The notes under the pieces: model-generated
The model's database searches: none
Told to the model about the DNA's origin: nothing
What the model saw: the letters and a program-made list of their open reading frames with translations, nothing else
Shown: positions 24,401-38,900 of the stretch, piece by piece
Position numbering within the stretch: position 1 is the stretch's first letter
Layout of the letters: each line of letters starts with the position of its first letter
Assembly (NCBI GenBank): GCA_001938485.1
Contig: MQRK01238663.1
Location: 8,001-69,582, forward strand
Origin: Girardia tigrina
Taxonomy: Eukaryota
DNA length: 61,582 nt
Direction: 5' to 3'
Program-made: the position numbers and the translations under genes

Positions 24401-27400
24401 GACATAAGCTTTGTTGAGACATGTAACCTGATCCGAAAGATAAGGTATCCGCTTGAGATGTTGCAAGATAAAGAATCAGATCACAATAGCAGTCATCGAA
24501 GGAAGGGGATTTCAGCTTTCCAGTCATCTTTCTTTACTGTCCCTATCTCGCATGAAGTGATCCTCACCTCTTACACGTTCTTAACATGCGTATCTGAGGA
24601 AAAATCTATCAAAATCCAGATTTGCTGATGGATTAGCTGAACACTGAAAGACGTAATAAGGAATAATGATTCCATGCCCAGATTATTATTTTACTAAAAC
24701 ATCAAGTTTCTTGCTTAAAGTTTTCTGGTTTATTCTACGTATTTACTAAAATTATTTAAAAATTATAAAATTATTATTTTACGAAATTATTTTTTCAAAT
24801 AAATTTCCAAAATATTCATGCATATTATTAAATTAAATGGGCACAAATTATTTACGTTTTTATAAAGAGACATAGAGACATTAAAATTATAGAGACAATA
24901 TTAATATTTAAAAAGACATTTCTATTGTCCTTTCTTATTTTGCATAGAATTTCGTTGGTTGAAATCGAGACATTTTGGATTTTAAAACTATTTATTCAAG
25001 CCGTATTCAAAATATAAAGTCTCAATTTATAATTTCCATTTCGATTTTCAAATGTCAGTATTTCTTGTAATAAGGTTTCATAAATTTTAATAATCATGTA
25101 AAAGAATGTATTTTTTATGTTTTTGCTTATATTCAAAATTAAAAAAATAATGTAATTAAAAAAAAATTGTTAAAAAATATCTTTAAAATATATTTTGCAA
25201 AGAAAACACGAATAACATTAGCATATTTCAGTTTCCTGTTACGGTTCTGCAAAACGGAGTCAAGATGACCAACGAACCCCCTACAGGCCTTCGTCAAAAT
25301 CTTCAGCAATCATTCATGAATGATCTTATTTCTGAACCAGAGTTTTTCAATGGTTGTCCAGGAAAAGAATCCGTCAGTTTTTTTAAAGAATTTTTTTCGA
25401 ATATAATGTTGATTTTATAGACGTTTGAAAAGCTGTTGTACAGCTTATGTTTCTTCCACGCTCTGGTACAGGAACGACGAAAATTTGGTCCAATGGGATG
25501 GAATATTCCTTATGGGTTTAATGATTCTGATTTGCGTATATCCGCTCGGCAGCTGCAGATGTTTGTCAACGAATATGAACAGGTTCCGTTTGATGCCATT
25601 TCCTACCTGACAGGAGAGTGTAATTATGGCGGTCGAGTGACGGATGATTGGGATCGTAGATGTCTTATGACAATTTTAACAGATTTTTATAATTCTCATG
25701 TAATCTCGGATGCAAAGTATAAATTTTCTCCCAGTGGAATTTACATTGTGCCTCCCAAAATGGAATACAACGAATATATTGAATTTATTAAAGTTAGTTT
25801 TATGACTATACTTATGCATTCATGAAATCTCTTTTTATAACAGTCTCTATAAAGAATAATATTAATCAATGTCATTATTTATAAATTAGAAACCAACAAG
25901 ATGAACCTTTCGGTATTTCAACTTTATTGTATAGGAATTCTCAAAGATTTTCTTTGGATATTGTCATCCTAAAATTTCTAAAAAAATTGGGACATCTCTG
26001 GACGAGGACTCTCGAAAATAAAGTCCGAAATATTTATCAGTTTAACATATTTCTTTACTTCAACAATTGATATTTTGACTTTAAATTTTTACAACTTACA
26101 CAAAACATTCATTTAAACCCCAACAAATACCAGAATCTTTGGTTTTGTTTTTTTTTCTGTACTGTGAGAAGTAGTCGCAATATCAATATCGGAATTCATT
26201 TTTAACTCCAAAATTTATTTATTATAAAACAATTTTCAAACAAATTTTTCAACTATTTCTTTAATTAATAATTAATCCTCCGATCTCTATTTTCAAATAA
26301 TTTCTAAATTATCTCAAATTGCAATCAAAATAATATTTAATTTTTAAAACATATTTAGGAAAATTAATAATTTACGTATATTTAGTTTTTAATGGGAATA
26401 TTTATTTTTTTTAATTTGTTGTTTATTTTAGCCTTTTAAAATTTTGTTTTTCAAAATATTCTGTTTTTTTAAATTCTGCATTTTTTTATAAAAAAAACAT
26501 GTAATTTATTTATAGTATTTTAAATTTTTTTGCAAATATTGGGTTGTTGCATAAGTTCCCGCCGTTACATGAAACTATTTGTTCTACAAAGACTTTTTGA
26601 ATTCTGGCGAAGTGTTATATACCATTAGAAAGTCCGTGCTATGCTCTACAAGATTAAAGTAATCGTTTTTGCCTATATTATTTTTTTGTCTTTTTTTAGA
26701 ACCGTCAAATGGATTGTCAAGTCGACAAAAAAATCGCATTTTCGACACCTCCTTTTTTTCGACTTTAATCGAGGTCAAAAAGCGAGTGAAGCTACCAGAG
26801 ATATTTGTACCGTGTGCGGAGAGGACGCTATAGCTGAAAGAACTACTCGGGATTGGTTTGCCAGGTTCAAACACGATAATTTCGACCTCAACGACGCTCC
26901 TCGTTCCGGAAGACCAGTCGAGATGGACGAGGACCAACTCGGGGATCTTTTGAAGGAAGATGGCNGCCANACATGCAGAGAATTGGCCGAAAAGATGAAT
27001 TGTGATTTTGCGACAATTTCACGCCATCTTCAGTCGATGGGTTTCACTCAAAAGCTTGGAGCTTGGGTCCCGCACGAACTCACCCAAAATCAGAAGGATA
27101 AGCGACTTTCCATTGCTGCTCAAAATCTCGCTCGACACCAAGGAACCCAATGGCCACAGGCAACGTTTCTTATACAGAATCGTCACTGGAGACGAGAAAT
27201 GGTGTCTCTATGTGAATACGAAGCAAAGGAAAGAGTGGATGAGTCCTGGAGAGAAGCCTAAGCCCAGGATCAAGAAAGATCTGCACCCGATGAAGACAAT
27301 GATTTGCGTATGGTGGGATTGGGAAAGTCTAATTCACTGGGAAATGCTTGGCAAGAACATAATAGTAGAAAAGAATCTCTATAAAGCCCAATTGCATCGA

Positions 27401-30400
27401 GTCAATGAGGCAATTCAACAAAAAAGACCGGATCGACAAGGCCAGGTGATCCTCCTCCATGACAATGCTCGACCACACACCGCAAAAACTGTGAAGATGG
27501 CACTTCAAGAGCTCGGTTGGGAGGTCCTTCAACATCCTCCCTATTCCCCAGACCTCGCCCTGACGGATTACCATCTCTTTCGCTGCCTTTCAAATGAAAT
27601 GAGGGGTCTTAGCTTCGAAAATCAGGATCATTTTGAGAATTGGCTGAACAACTTCTTCGAGACTCGACCTAAGGATTTCTGGCGAAATGGAATCAACAAA
27701 CTGGTGGAAAGATGGGAAGAAGTAGTGAACAATGAAGGAGAGTACATAATTGATTGAAGTGTTATTATTTTTGCTGTTAAAATTTTATGATTTCATTAAA
27801 TATATAATTAACTGAGTCATTATTTTGGTTGTTAAAATTCTTTGATTTCTTTGAAAATAAATGTTTAAAAACGGCGGGAACTTATGCAACAACCCAATAC
27901 TTTATATTTAATATTCAATTGTTTTATGTTTAAAATATTTAATTTTTTAATCTTATCCTTAATTGATTTTTAATAAAATTCAAATAAAATGATTATTTTT
28001 TTAAAATACTATTCTATCTGTTTTCTGTTTTAATCCCTTCATTTTTTTGCTAAAATAGTATTTTAAAAATTATACTAAATAATATTTCAAAATATTAAAT
28101 AATATTCTAATATTTCAAAATAATATTTTATACAGAATAGTTTCAAATTCAAAGTTAAAATATTTAATTATCATTTAATTTTTAAAATTTTCAGTTTGAT
28201 TTTAATTCAAAACAATTTTTTAAACCACTTAAATTTTGATCAGTGAACTAAATTAATTACCTCTTCATAGGTACAGTGTATGGAAAAGGTAAAAGAAATT
28301 TCAAATCTTCCAAATTCTGAATACTGTTAGGCCAAGAAAAGAATCGTAGTACAAAATTGATATAATCGTAAAAAATGTTCAAATTAAAATTCCTCTTAGA
28401 ATTTAGGATCTCTGGCATTATCACATTTGTAACTGACTTGCTGAGACTAGATGTGAGAATGAATGCCTTTGGCATGTTCAAAAAGTCTTAAGAAATTACA
28501 AATATTTTTTACACAATAATAACATAAAAAGCTTGTTATTTCGATGTCGTGGAAATTTCTTTTTCTACTTGCATTTTTATTAGTTACTTGAAGTTTACAT
28601 TTTAATACTTGAAAAATGTTAGATAAAATACTTGAAGTTTGTATTTTTATACTTGAACTTTAAATAGTCTATTTTTATAAGCCTAAAATACACTTGTTAA
28701 CAAAATTAGAACAACTAATAATTTTAGTTTTATACACTTCATTATCATTATTTATCAAATTAACAGACTCTTCCCGCTATTCAAAATCCAGAAGTATTTG
28801 GAATGCATGAAAATGTCGATATCACTCGAGAATTGCAAGACTCAAAGCTGCTTCTTGACTCTGTATTAATAACTCTTGGTCAGTTGTCCAGTTCTGCCGG
28901 TGGCAGTTCGGAAAATCAATTATCAGAGATTTCCAATGACATATTGAGTAAAATGCCTCCCAGCTTCGATTTGGAAAAGGCTGAAAAGAAATATCCAGTT
29001 ATCTATAATGAGAGTATGAACACGGTTCTTGTTCAAGAAATGGAGCGATTCAACAAGTTAGTCATCTTACACATGTATCTATCTTTTGTATATATTTACT
29101 TTTCAATGACAATAAAAAAATGTCTTTTATTACTTTACTATAATAAAAATCTCGATACATGTTTCGTTCTTCTTTGAACATCATAAGTCGCTTATTTCTA
29201 GAAATCTCCGAAAAATCCACAATAAAAATATAATGTTTATTTTTTCATACATTGCGTTCCAAAAGTCTGTTCGCACCCATTGAAATTTTGATTTATGCTA
29301 TTTATTAAATTTTTAAATTTGTTTAAATGCTTTAATTTAAATAATTTTAGTAAATTTAAAATTGAAATATCAAGANNNNNNNNNNNNNNNNNNNNNNNNN
29401 NNNNNNNNNNNNNNNNNNNNNNNNNNNNNNNNNNNNNNNNNNNNNNNNNNNNNNNNNNNNNNNNNNNNGAATTAATGAACGAGGGTCATTCAACGGGTCG
29501 GATACAAGAAATTATGAAGGTTAGACATGGTATTATTGTTTCAAAGCGGGCATTCAAAAAATTGTACATAAGTTCAAGACATTAGGTACATATGAAGATA
29601 AAAAACGTAGTGGACGACCTTCAAAATTACCAAAACGTTCTGAAAGAATTATTCGACCTATATGCTTGAAAAATAGGCGCATGTCGATAAGTAAAATAAC
29701 AGGAGCTTTCAATGCAGCTGGAATGATACATGCATCCCGAAGTACAGTGAATAGAATTTTGATAAAGTACGGCTTAAAAAGTCATTATGCTTTTTGCAAG
29801 CCTTTATTGAATGGAAAGCAACGAAAAAGAAGAGTTGAATGGGCTCGGGATAAACAAAATTTGGACATCGATAAGTTGTTGAATGTAGTTTTTAGCGATG
29901 TTCCGCACATATAGCCACACTCGTAGCGAAATCGTTAAAAGGCTTGACAATGAAAGGCTTAGTCACATTTGTACTAAGAAGGTCCTCCAACACGGTGCCC
30001 AAGTTCATGTATGGGGATCTTTCTCCAGATTTGGTGTTGGTATCTTAAAACGGATAAACGGAAATTTAAATTTGAAGAACTATCAAGACCTGATTGTCAA
30101 TAACATAGACATTACAGGGCAAAGCTTGGTATTCCCTCTTCCAAATTTTATATTTCAGCAAGACAATGCCATCGATCAGCATCAACAGTGTCTTTTTTGA
30201 AAACAAAGAAGATAAATATTCTTGATTGGCCTGCCAACTCACCAGATGTAAACCCAATTGAGAATTTGTGGGGTATTATAAAGAGAAAAATAAATAATAT
30301 GGATACTTTGAATTCAGAGAAAATGTGGATAGAAATACAAAAGTTATGGTACAACATACCAAGTTCTTTATATCGTCGACTTGTCGATTCAATGCCGCGA

Positions 30401-33400
30401 AGGGTGTCTTCAATCATCAAGATGAAAGGATACCACACAAAATATTAAAAATAACATTTTTATTCGTAAATATAATATTTACTTCCACTTCATCGTCTTT
30501 TTACTTAGGAAATTTGTATAAGTGATGATTTTTATGGGTGCGAACAGACTTTTGGAACGCACTGTACAAAAAAATCTTTTTATGGTTAATTTAGACTATT
30601 TCAAGAGGCTTTTGTCTTCTAAACTAATAAGGCTGCTTTGCACAAAATGGACAATATCCATTGGATTTATTTATTAATCAATACTCTTTCACTAAGTTAA
30701 AATTTGAAAGAGTTTAGTTAAAAAAATTGTAATTATTCAATAAAATAAAATAAAAAACGATAGGATAAACAAATGAGGTTAAGCGGGAAAAAATACAATG
30801 ACGAGAGATAATAAAATAAAAATAGTTATAATACCTTATGTTCGTTATAAGATCAAGGATAAATCTATTCATAAAACTTGTAGCCCAATTTTGTGTGATA
30901 TAATGTTCGGATAAATTGCGTTTCTTCTTTTGCTGAAAATTGTTGAAGAAAGAAGATTATTTAAATCAATTGAATTATTTTTAATTTTCTTTCTAATTTC
31001 TATTAGAAAATCTTGAACTATTCGGTCCGACTGGAAAATTTTTGATTGAATAGCTTGACGTCGAGTAACTGATTTAGATTGCTTGGTCTTTGAAGCTCTG
31101 TTTCTGCACATGAAACCGCTAAAAACTTGTTTTTCCCACGAGAAAATTACGGGAAAGAATTGGATACCCCGGGTCCTGAAAATCAATATTTTATTTAACT
31201 AAATAAGCTTTAATTAGAAATGGATCTAAAAACATATTTATTACGAAAAAAAATACCAAAAATGTTTGACAATTCGAAAAAACAATTTTGGCACAACAGT
31301 CTATAATCACAAAAAGACTTTTTTGAGAAAGAATGATTAACTAATTATTGGATTAATACATTTTGTAATTGATTCATGTTTCCATTGAGATTACACAACT
31401 GTGTAAATTTTCTGCTCAATATGACAACGGAAAGTTGATGATCAATCGTTCGCAAGATTTGTAGCAAATACATAAATTAAGAAATAGACGATGTGAATTA
31501 ATATACGTGTGGTAATAAAATAGATTTGTAAAAGATTAAATCTAAGTAAAAATTAAATATTCATAATTTATGTTAAAATAAATATTATTTTAAATTTTTG
31601 AAAAATTTAAAATTAAAGGATAATTATGATTTTAAAATAAAGGACAAAATTTCTTAGGATTAAATATATTAGGTCTAACGGAAAGTTCTGTCCGTTTCTA
31701 TCACCAAATGTTCCGACACGTCAGCATATGTTTATTTGCTGAATGTCTGCCACTCTATTTTTATCACTTAATGTAAACACACTGATGTAGCAAAATAACT
31801 ACAATAAAGTTTATTCGTGTTAGTCTTGACTGTATGATGCGATAGTATACCCATGGCTACTGATAAAGTTCATTTACACCACTGTATTTTATATGAATTT
31901 CAACAAGGCAGAAATGCTACAGAAGCATGCAGAAATTTATTGAAAGTGTTTGGAGAAAGTATAGTGTCTGATAGGACATGCAGAAGATGGTTTGACAAAT
32001 TTGAATCAGGGGATTTCGACCTTTCTGATAAGCCACGTTCTGGGCGACCATCTTTAATTGATGACGAAGTTGTTAAGATCATGTTAGAGCAAGATCCTTT
32101 TCTGACAACATCGGATTTCACAGAAAAACTTAATTCAGTTCAACAAACCATTTCAGACTATATTCAGAAGATAGAATTTGTATGGAAATATTCAAGATGG
32201 GCACCACATGAATTAAGTGCGAAGAATTTGGAAGATCGAGTCGTTATATGCATATCTCTGCTTGCTCGGAACAAAATTGAGCCCTTCTTGAACCGGACGA
32301 TAACTGGAGATGAAAAGTGGGTTACATACGAAAACATCGTAAGGAAAAGGGCAATTGTGAACCCGGAAAACCTAGCCCTTCCACACATAAACCAAATTTG
32401 ACTTTGAATAAGAGAATGCTGTGTATATGGTGGGACATTCGAGGACCAATATATTATGAGCTTTTAAAACCGAACGAAAAGCTCAATTCGGAGAGGTATT
32501 GTCAGCAACTTGATAATTTAAACACAACAGTCCATGAAAAGAGGTCAGCATTGTTCAATAGGATGAACATCATATTGCATCATGATAACGCCAAGCCACA
32601 TACAGCTATGGGGACTCGTCGAAAAATTGCAGAACTAGGCTGCTAAATTCTGTCACATCCATCGTATTCCCCGGACTTAGTACCCTCCGACTATCATTTG
32701 TTTTTGTCCTTACAAAATTTTTGAATGGTGAAAAATTCAAAAATGAGACAGATGTAAAAAAAAGCACTGGCTCAATTTTTTGCATCAAAAGACCAAATAT
32801 TTTACGAAAAGGATATAAGAAATTGCCTTCACGCTGGCCAGAAGTCATTAATCATGATGTCAATTATATTATTTAATAAAGTTTATTGACGGTAAGAAAA
32901 ATTTGTATTTTGTTTTATTCCAAAAACGGACAGAACTTTCCGGTAGACCTTAAATTTATTCTAAAATTAGATTCTTTTAGGATAAATAAAAGATTATTTA
33001 AATAATAGAGATCGGGAAAATGATAGTTATAATAGAAAAAGAAGCGGTAAATGGTTCAAATTTGGTTTATAATAAATTTGCATTTTGCTTATCTTGTAAT
33101 TACAATTCTTTATAAATGAATTTGGATATCGACGTAGCTAACATAAACAATTAAGAAGTTATTCCTAATTTTTCATAAGAAGATAATACCAACAAATAAC
33201 ACAGAAAGATATTTTTTTCGTGAACTTCCTAATAATGTTTCGAGGGATCCCAGTTAAGGATCAATGTTTTATAGAATTATTGTAATTACGAAACATTGTG
33301 AAATTCAATCGAATGACGTATTTAAAAAAATGTTTAAAATAGAATTAACACCAAAGAAGATTATGATATTTTTTTCTGATTTATTTATATCACAATATTT

Positions 33401-35910
33401 GATTTCTTTACTTTTTCTTTCGACTTACTAGTTGTACCGTGTTTATTGAAATTTACAATAGGTTGTCTAACGCTATTCGAGACAGTCTTCAAAATCTACT
33501 GAAGGCCATTAAAGGTCTTGTCGTCATGTCAGGAGATTTAGAAGCAATGGCAAGTTCTCTACTTATTGGTAAAATTCCTGCCATGTGGGCTAAACATTCC
33601 TATCCCAGTCTAAAACCACTGGGATCTTATATCAATGATCTAATAGATCGGCTGAAATTCTTACAGGTAATACCTCATTTTAATTTTTTTATCAGATTTT
33701 TTGTAATTATCAATTCAGAAATGGTATGATGAAGGAAAGCCATCGACATTTTGGGTGTCAGGATTCTATTTTACTCAAGCTTTTCTAACTGGAGTGATGC
33801 AAAATTTTGCCAGAAAATACACAATTCCAATCGATTTACTGGGATTCGATTTTGAGGTTTGTTTATAGATTTTTGTGAAAACTTCACGCTTTTATTAGTT
33901 ATAAAAATAAAAAATTTCGGCAGATTATCCATTGTCATTGTCAGTCAATATTAGCATTAGCAAAATAATGATTGTGTAATCAATAATGTTATTAGGCTCT
34001 TTTTGAAGATGTTTAGTAAATGAATCAAATGATTATCTGATTCCTAGAGTTTTAGCCCGGCTTGCGGTCTTTGTTGGTTGCTACAATTTTCATTAGTTTC
34101 AATAATTTCTTTAAATTATTTTGTTCATAACTTCTAGATTCACTACCTACTCTATACATTGTAATGAAAGTTTCCTCACTGGACTTTTGACGATTGATTA
34201 TGAAATTTAAATGACATTAGTATGGCTCCATTTATTGAGTCTCCACTTGCTCTGTGAAACTTTATTAATGTTTCTTCTAACGTACAGTTCAATGAAGAAT
34301 CAGCATACAAAGTTTAGTTAGAATCGGCTCGTTGTTCAATGTTGAAAAATAATCAATACGAATCAGCAAGATAACAACTGTTGGTCGGTTGATAATGTTC
34401 GAGCAGCACCCCAAAAATGATATTGAATCAAGAAGATTTTACCTTTTTAAAAATTTTTACCTTTGTATACCGTTTACACTAATTTCACCAATTTTTTTCT
34501 GGACATCACTTTCTTGTTATACTACTGCCCAGTATAGTATAACTGCAGTGCATTCACAAACAGAAAGAAACTTCCGCATAATTATACGAACTATAACTAC
34601 CATGACTGTAACAGTTTAATACATAGATTCAACAGAAATTTGAAAAAAAAATTTCTTGCATTTGTATGATTTCGAAATGAATTTAACCATTTTTATGATG
34701 CTATAATATTGTTGATTTAAATTAATTTATTTTTTTATATTTAATATTAACTTATCATTCTAAGTAAATAATAAAAGCGTTACGCAGATGAAACTCTGGT
34801 CTTATATATATATTGGGTATTTGAATTAATACTCGGTTTTATCCTTGTTTATATTAAATTTCTAATCTGACTCCAAAACAATCAAAATGTTTCTTCCAAC
34901 TATAATATATGAAGAATGAACACAAATCCTTATAATATACTTTATTTGCAAATGACAACTTGAGCACAAAACTTAAATCGAAACTTTAACAATAAATCAA
35001 TATTTTTCAGCACACTCAACCAGCACAAACCAATATCAATTTAGAACGAGCAATATCTGAAAATTATGATTAGATTTTTCTCCTTTACAGGATACTAGAT
35101 TTGTTAAGTAAACAAAAATTAAATGAAGAAAGATTACCGTAAATCACAATAAAGTTTAAAGATTTAATAGAGTCCACAAGTATAATTTTGTCCGTAATTT
35201 TGTTATGTAATTGACTGAAATAATTATTGTTTATATACTAGTTTTTAAATAACCTTGAAAATTAGTTTGCTAAAACAATTCTAAAAATATTTACAAATAT
35301 TCTAAAAATTTTATTAAAATAACTATTATGATAATCAAAAAAATATTAATTTTAACCACAGTATTATCTTTTATTTTTCTATTAGATTTTAAAATTATAA
35401 TTTATATTTTTCGAAACCCCAACAAATCTCCCCCTAATGGAAAATATCATCCTCGATATTTAAACTAGAGTGAAAGGCATTTATGGGATCAAGAGGGATA
35501 CTAATAAATAATAGTAATATTGATTAGTAACAAGAATTAGAACGATAATAGTAATAAGAGTGATAATAATAATAAAATATAGATATTACCAATAACTATA
35601 AAAATATATGAATAATAATAAATATAGTATCAATCGTGCATATTAAAAGTAAATATAATAATAATAGTAATAATAATAATATTATTAATAATATTAATAA
35701 TAATACTAATCATAACAATAATTATGGCACTGATGATAATCATAATAACAGTAATAATAATACTAATAGCGATAAAACAACTGTATAATAATAACTAGAA
35801 TAATAATAATAAGAGCATTGAAAGATATCAATTATGATAATTATAACAATAATTATAATCGTAATAACAATTGATGTAATATAATATTAATAATAATGTT
35901 AATAGTAACG

Positions 35911-35950
<40 letters not shown>

Positions 35951-38900
35951 TTTTAATTAAAAATATTTTGCCCCTTTAAACATTTGTTTATAAAAAAATT
36001 ATTAATTTTAACCATAGTATTATTTTTTATTTTTCTATTAGACTTTAAAAATATAATTTATATTTTTCGGAACCCCAACATATATAATTTTAAAATTTAA
36101 TCATAATTAATTAAATAATAATAATAAATTTAATTCCAGTTTATATAAATTAATTCAGGTACTCAAAGCGACTACGATGACGAACCACCCTTCTGACGGT
36201 GCTTACATTAGTGGCCTGTTTCTCGATGGAGCACGATGGGACTCAACCAGGTCAGTGAATTTCTTCTAAAGCATTAACAAATATCTTGCTTAAAGTTTTA
36301 TTATTTGTTGAAAGGCCGTCAATGAACATTGATGATGCTATATTGTAATAGCTGGATTTGGACAAATACAGCACATCTCACTCCATAGAACTTGAGTTGG
36401 CAATTTCCCCAGAGACAGCTCGAAATCATCTCATTCAGATGGGGAAAAGATATCTGTGTAATCGATGGATCCCACATCTACTATCCCCTGAACAAATGAC
36501 TAATAGAGAAAGAATATGCAACGAGATGTTAGTAAAGCAATAGGCTTTTGATTTTCTTGGACAGCTGGTAAATATGGATGAATCCTGGATATATATTGAG
36601 GCAATCGAGGTTCACAACATCATCGTTCTTGGTTAATTTTCTTGAAGTAATACAAAATAAGTCAACAAAAAGAGACTTATGAATATTTAAGATCGCAGAA
36701 GGAAAAAGAAGCACAACCATTATACTCATTTAGAAAAATGGATTTAAGATATTTAAATTGCTCATGTTTTAATAGTTTCAAAAAACCGTATGAACATTTG
36801 AACTATTAACCCTACAATAGGGTTAAAATATTCATATTTGAATCAACCATATTTTACCTCAATATCTTTTAATCACGTGATATTCTTTGAGTGTTTACAT
36901 ACTGTGAACCAAAAACATTGTCTATGGAATGATAACTGCCCACAAAGTCATAGATGCAATATATTTTGTCAACAAAAATGACAGTTCAGTTTGTAATACT
37001 GGCCGCGTGTTAATTTATAATTAAAAAAATTGCGCATTGTAGGGTTAAGAACACTAATTGAATTTTCACTACATTTATTTGTATCACAACTTGAATTACC
37101 ACTAGAACAATTCTCCATAAAACTTGCGTAGCTCGTCATCGTTCTTGATTGATAATTTTTAAACGTCTTATTATTCATACAAATTTAAATTACGATTGAA
37201 TTTACAATTCGATTACAAAATAATTTATACTTTTAAACTCAAAAATTAATTGTTATTTATTTTAAGAAAATTATTATTAAAATATTATGCGTGATATATT
37301 AGGTTGGTCGAAAAATAATGGCGGTTTTGGGACACAAACTTCAAAGACGTGCAAATTCACAGAAACAAAAGTTTATTAATCAAAGTATGAACCGTTGGAA
37401 TCAATACATTTTNNNNNNNNNNNNNNNNNNNNNNNNNNNNNNNNNNNNNNNNNNNNNNNNNNNNNNNNNNNNNNNNNNNNNNNNNNNNNNNNNNNNNNNN
37501 NNNNNNNNNNNNNNNNNNNNNNNNNNNNNNNNNNNNNNNNNNNNNNNNNNNNNNNNNNNNNNNNNNNNNNNNNNNNNNNNNNNNNNNNNNNNNNNNNNNN
37601 NNNNNNNNNNNNNNNNNNNNNNNNNNNNNNNNNNNNNNNNNNNNNNNNNNNNNNNNNNNNNNNNNNNNNNNNNNNNNNNNNNNNNNNNNNNNNNNNNNNN
37701 NNNNNNNNNNNNNNNNNNNNNNNNNNNNNNNNNNNNNNNNNNNNNNNNNNNNNNNNNNNNNNNNNNNNNNNNNNNNNNNNNNNNNNNNNNNNNNNNNNNN
37801 NNNNNNNNNNNNNNNNNNNNNNNNNNNNNNNNNNNNNNNNNNNNNNNNNNNNNNNNNNNNNNNNNNNNNNNNNNNNNNNNNNNNNNNNNNNNNNNNNNNN
37901 NNNNNNNNNNNNNNNNNNNNNNNNNNNNNNNNNNNNNNNNNNNNNNNNNNNNNNNNNNNNNNNNNNNNNNNNNNNNNNNNNNNNNNNNNNNNNNNNNNNN
38001 NNNNNNNNNNNNNNNNNNNNNNNNNNNNNNNNNNNNNNNNNNNNNNNNNNNNNNNNNNNNNNNNNNNNNNNNNNNNNNNNNNNNNNNNNNNNNNNNNNNN
38101 NNNNNNNNNNNNNNNNNNNNNNNNNNNNNNNNNNNNNNNNNNNNNNNNNNNNNNNNNNNNNNNNNNNNNNNNNNNNNNNNNNNNNNNNNNNNNNNNNNNN
38201 NNNNNNNNNNNNNNNNNNNNNNNNNNNNNNNNNNNNNNNNNNNNNNNNNNNNNNNNNNNNNNNNNNNNNNNNNNNNNNNNNNNNNNNNNNNNNNNNNNNN
38301 NNNNNNNNNNNNNNNNNNNNNNNNNNNNNNNNNNNNNNNNNNNNNNNNNNNNNNNNNNNNNNNNNNNNNNNNNNNNNNNNNNAATAATGGCTATAGGAAT
38401 ATACAGCTAGGCATAAGATTTCAAATAATATCTAACACTAATGCATTTAAACTTATATACATATCAAAGTAGATAAACAAAGTATAAAGCTCAAAAATCG
38501 CAATTATTTTTCGACCAACCTAATATTAATTTAATTTTAAAGTTGGTTATTTAAATTTTAAAATTGATTAAATAATCCGATGTTTTAAAATATTTAAAAT
38601 ATCAATCTAGCATCTGGGTGGCAGCAATACAATCCTAAAAAAACATACCAAACAACACACATTAAACACCATTCAAAAATATTCCTCATGTGGGCAATCT
38701 TAATTATAAACATCGTCAATATTTCTGATTGATTTCAAGATGTTCTACAACCGAAATTATATAATTATAGATGTTATATTATTTTTTTAATTTTAGAATG
38801 AAATTAGGAGAGCAAAAACCGAAGGTGCTTTATGAGGCCGTCCCTGTGATATGGTTGAAGCCAGCCAAGAGGGATGATATTAACACATCCGAAAACCGTT

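Noticed and set aside
24000-24690. GC-richer coding-like patch in a dynein intron
   Set aside because: Probably a retroelement remnant, but no diagnostic motif could be read with confidence
37318-38472. Long ORFs of 384 and 330 aa
   Set aside because: Artefacts of an N gap inside a mariner element
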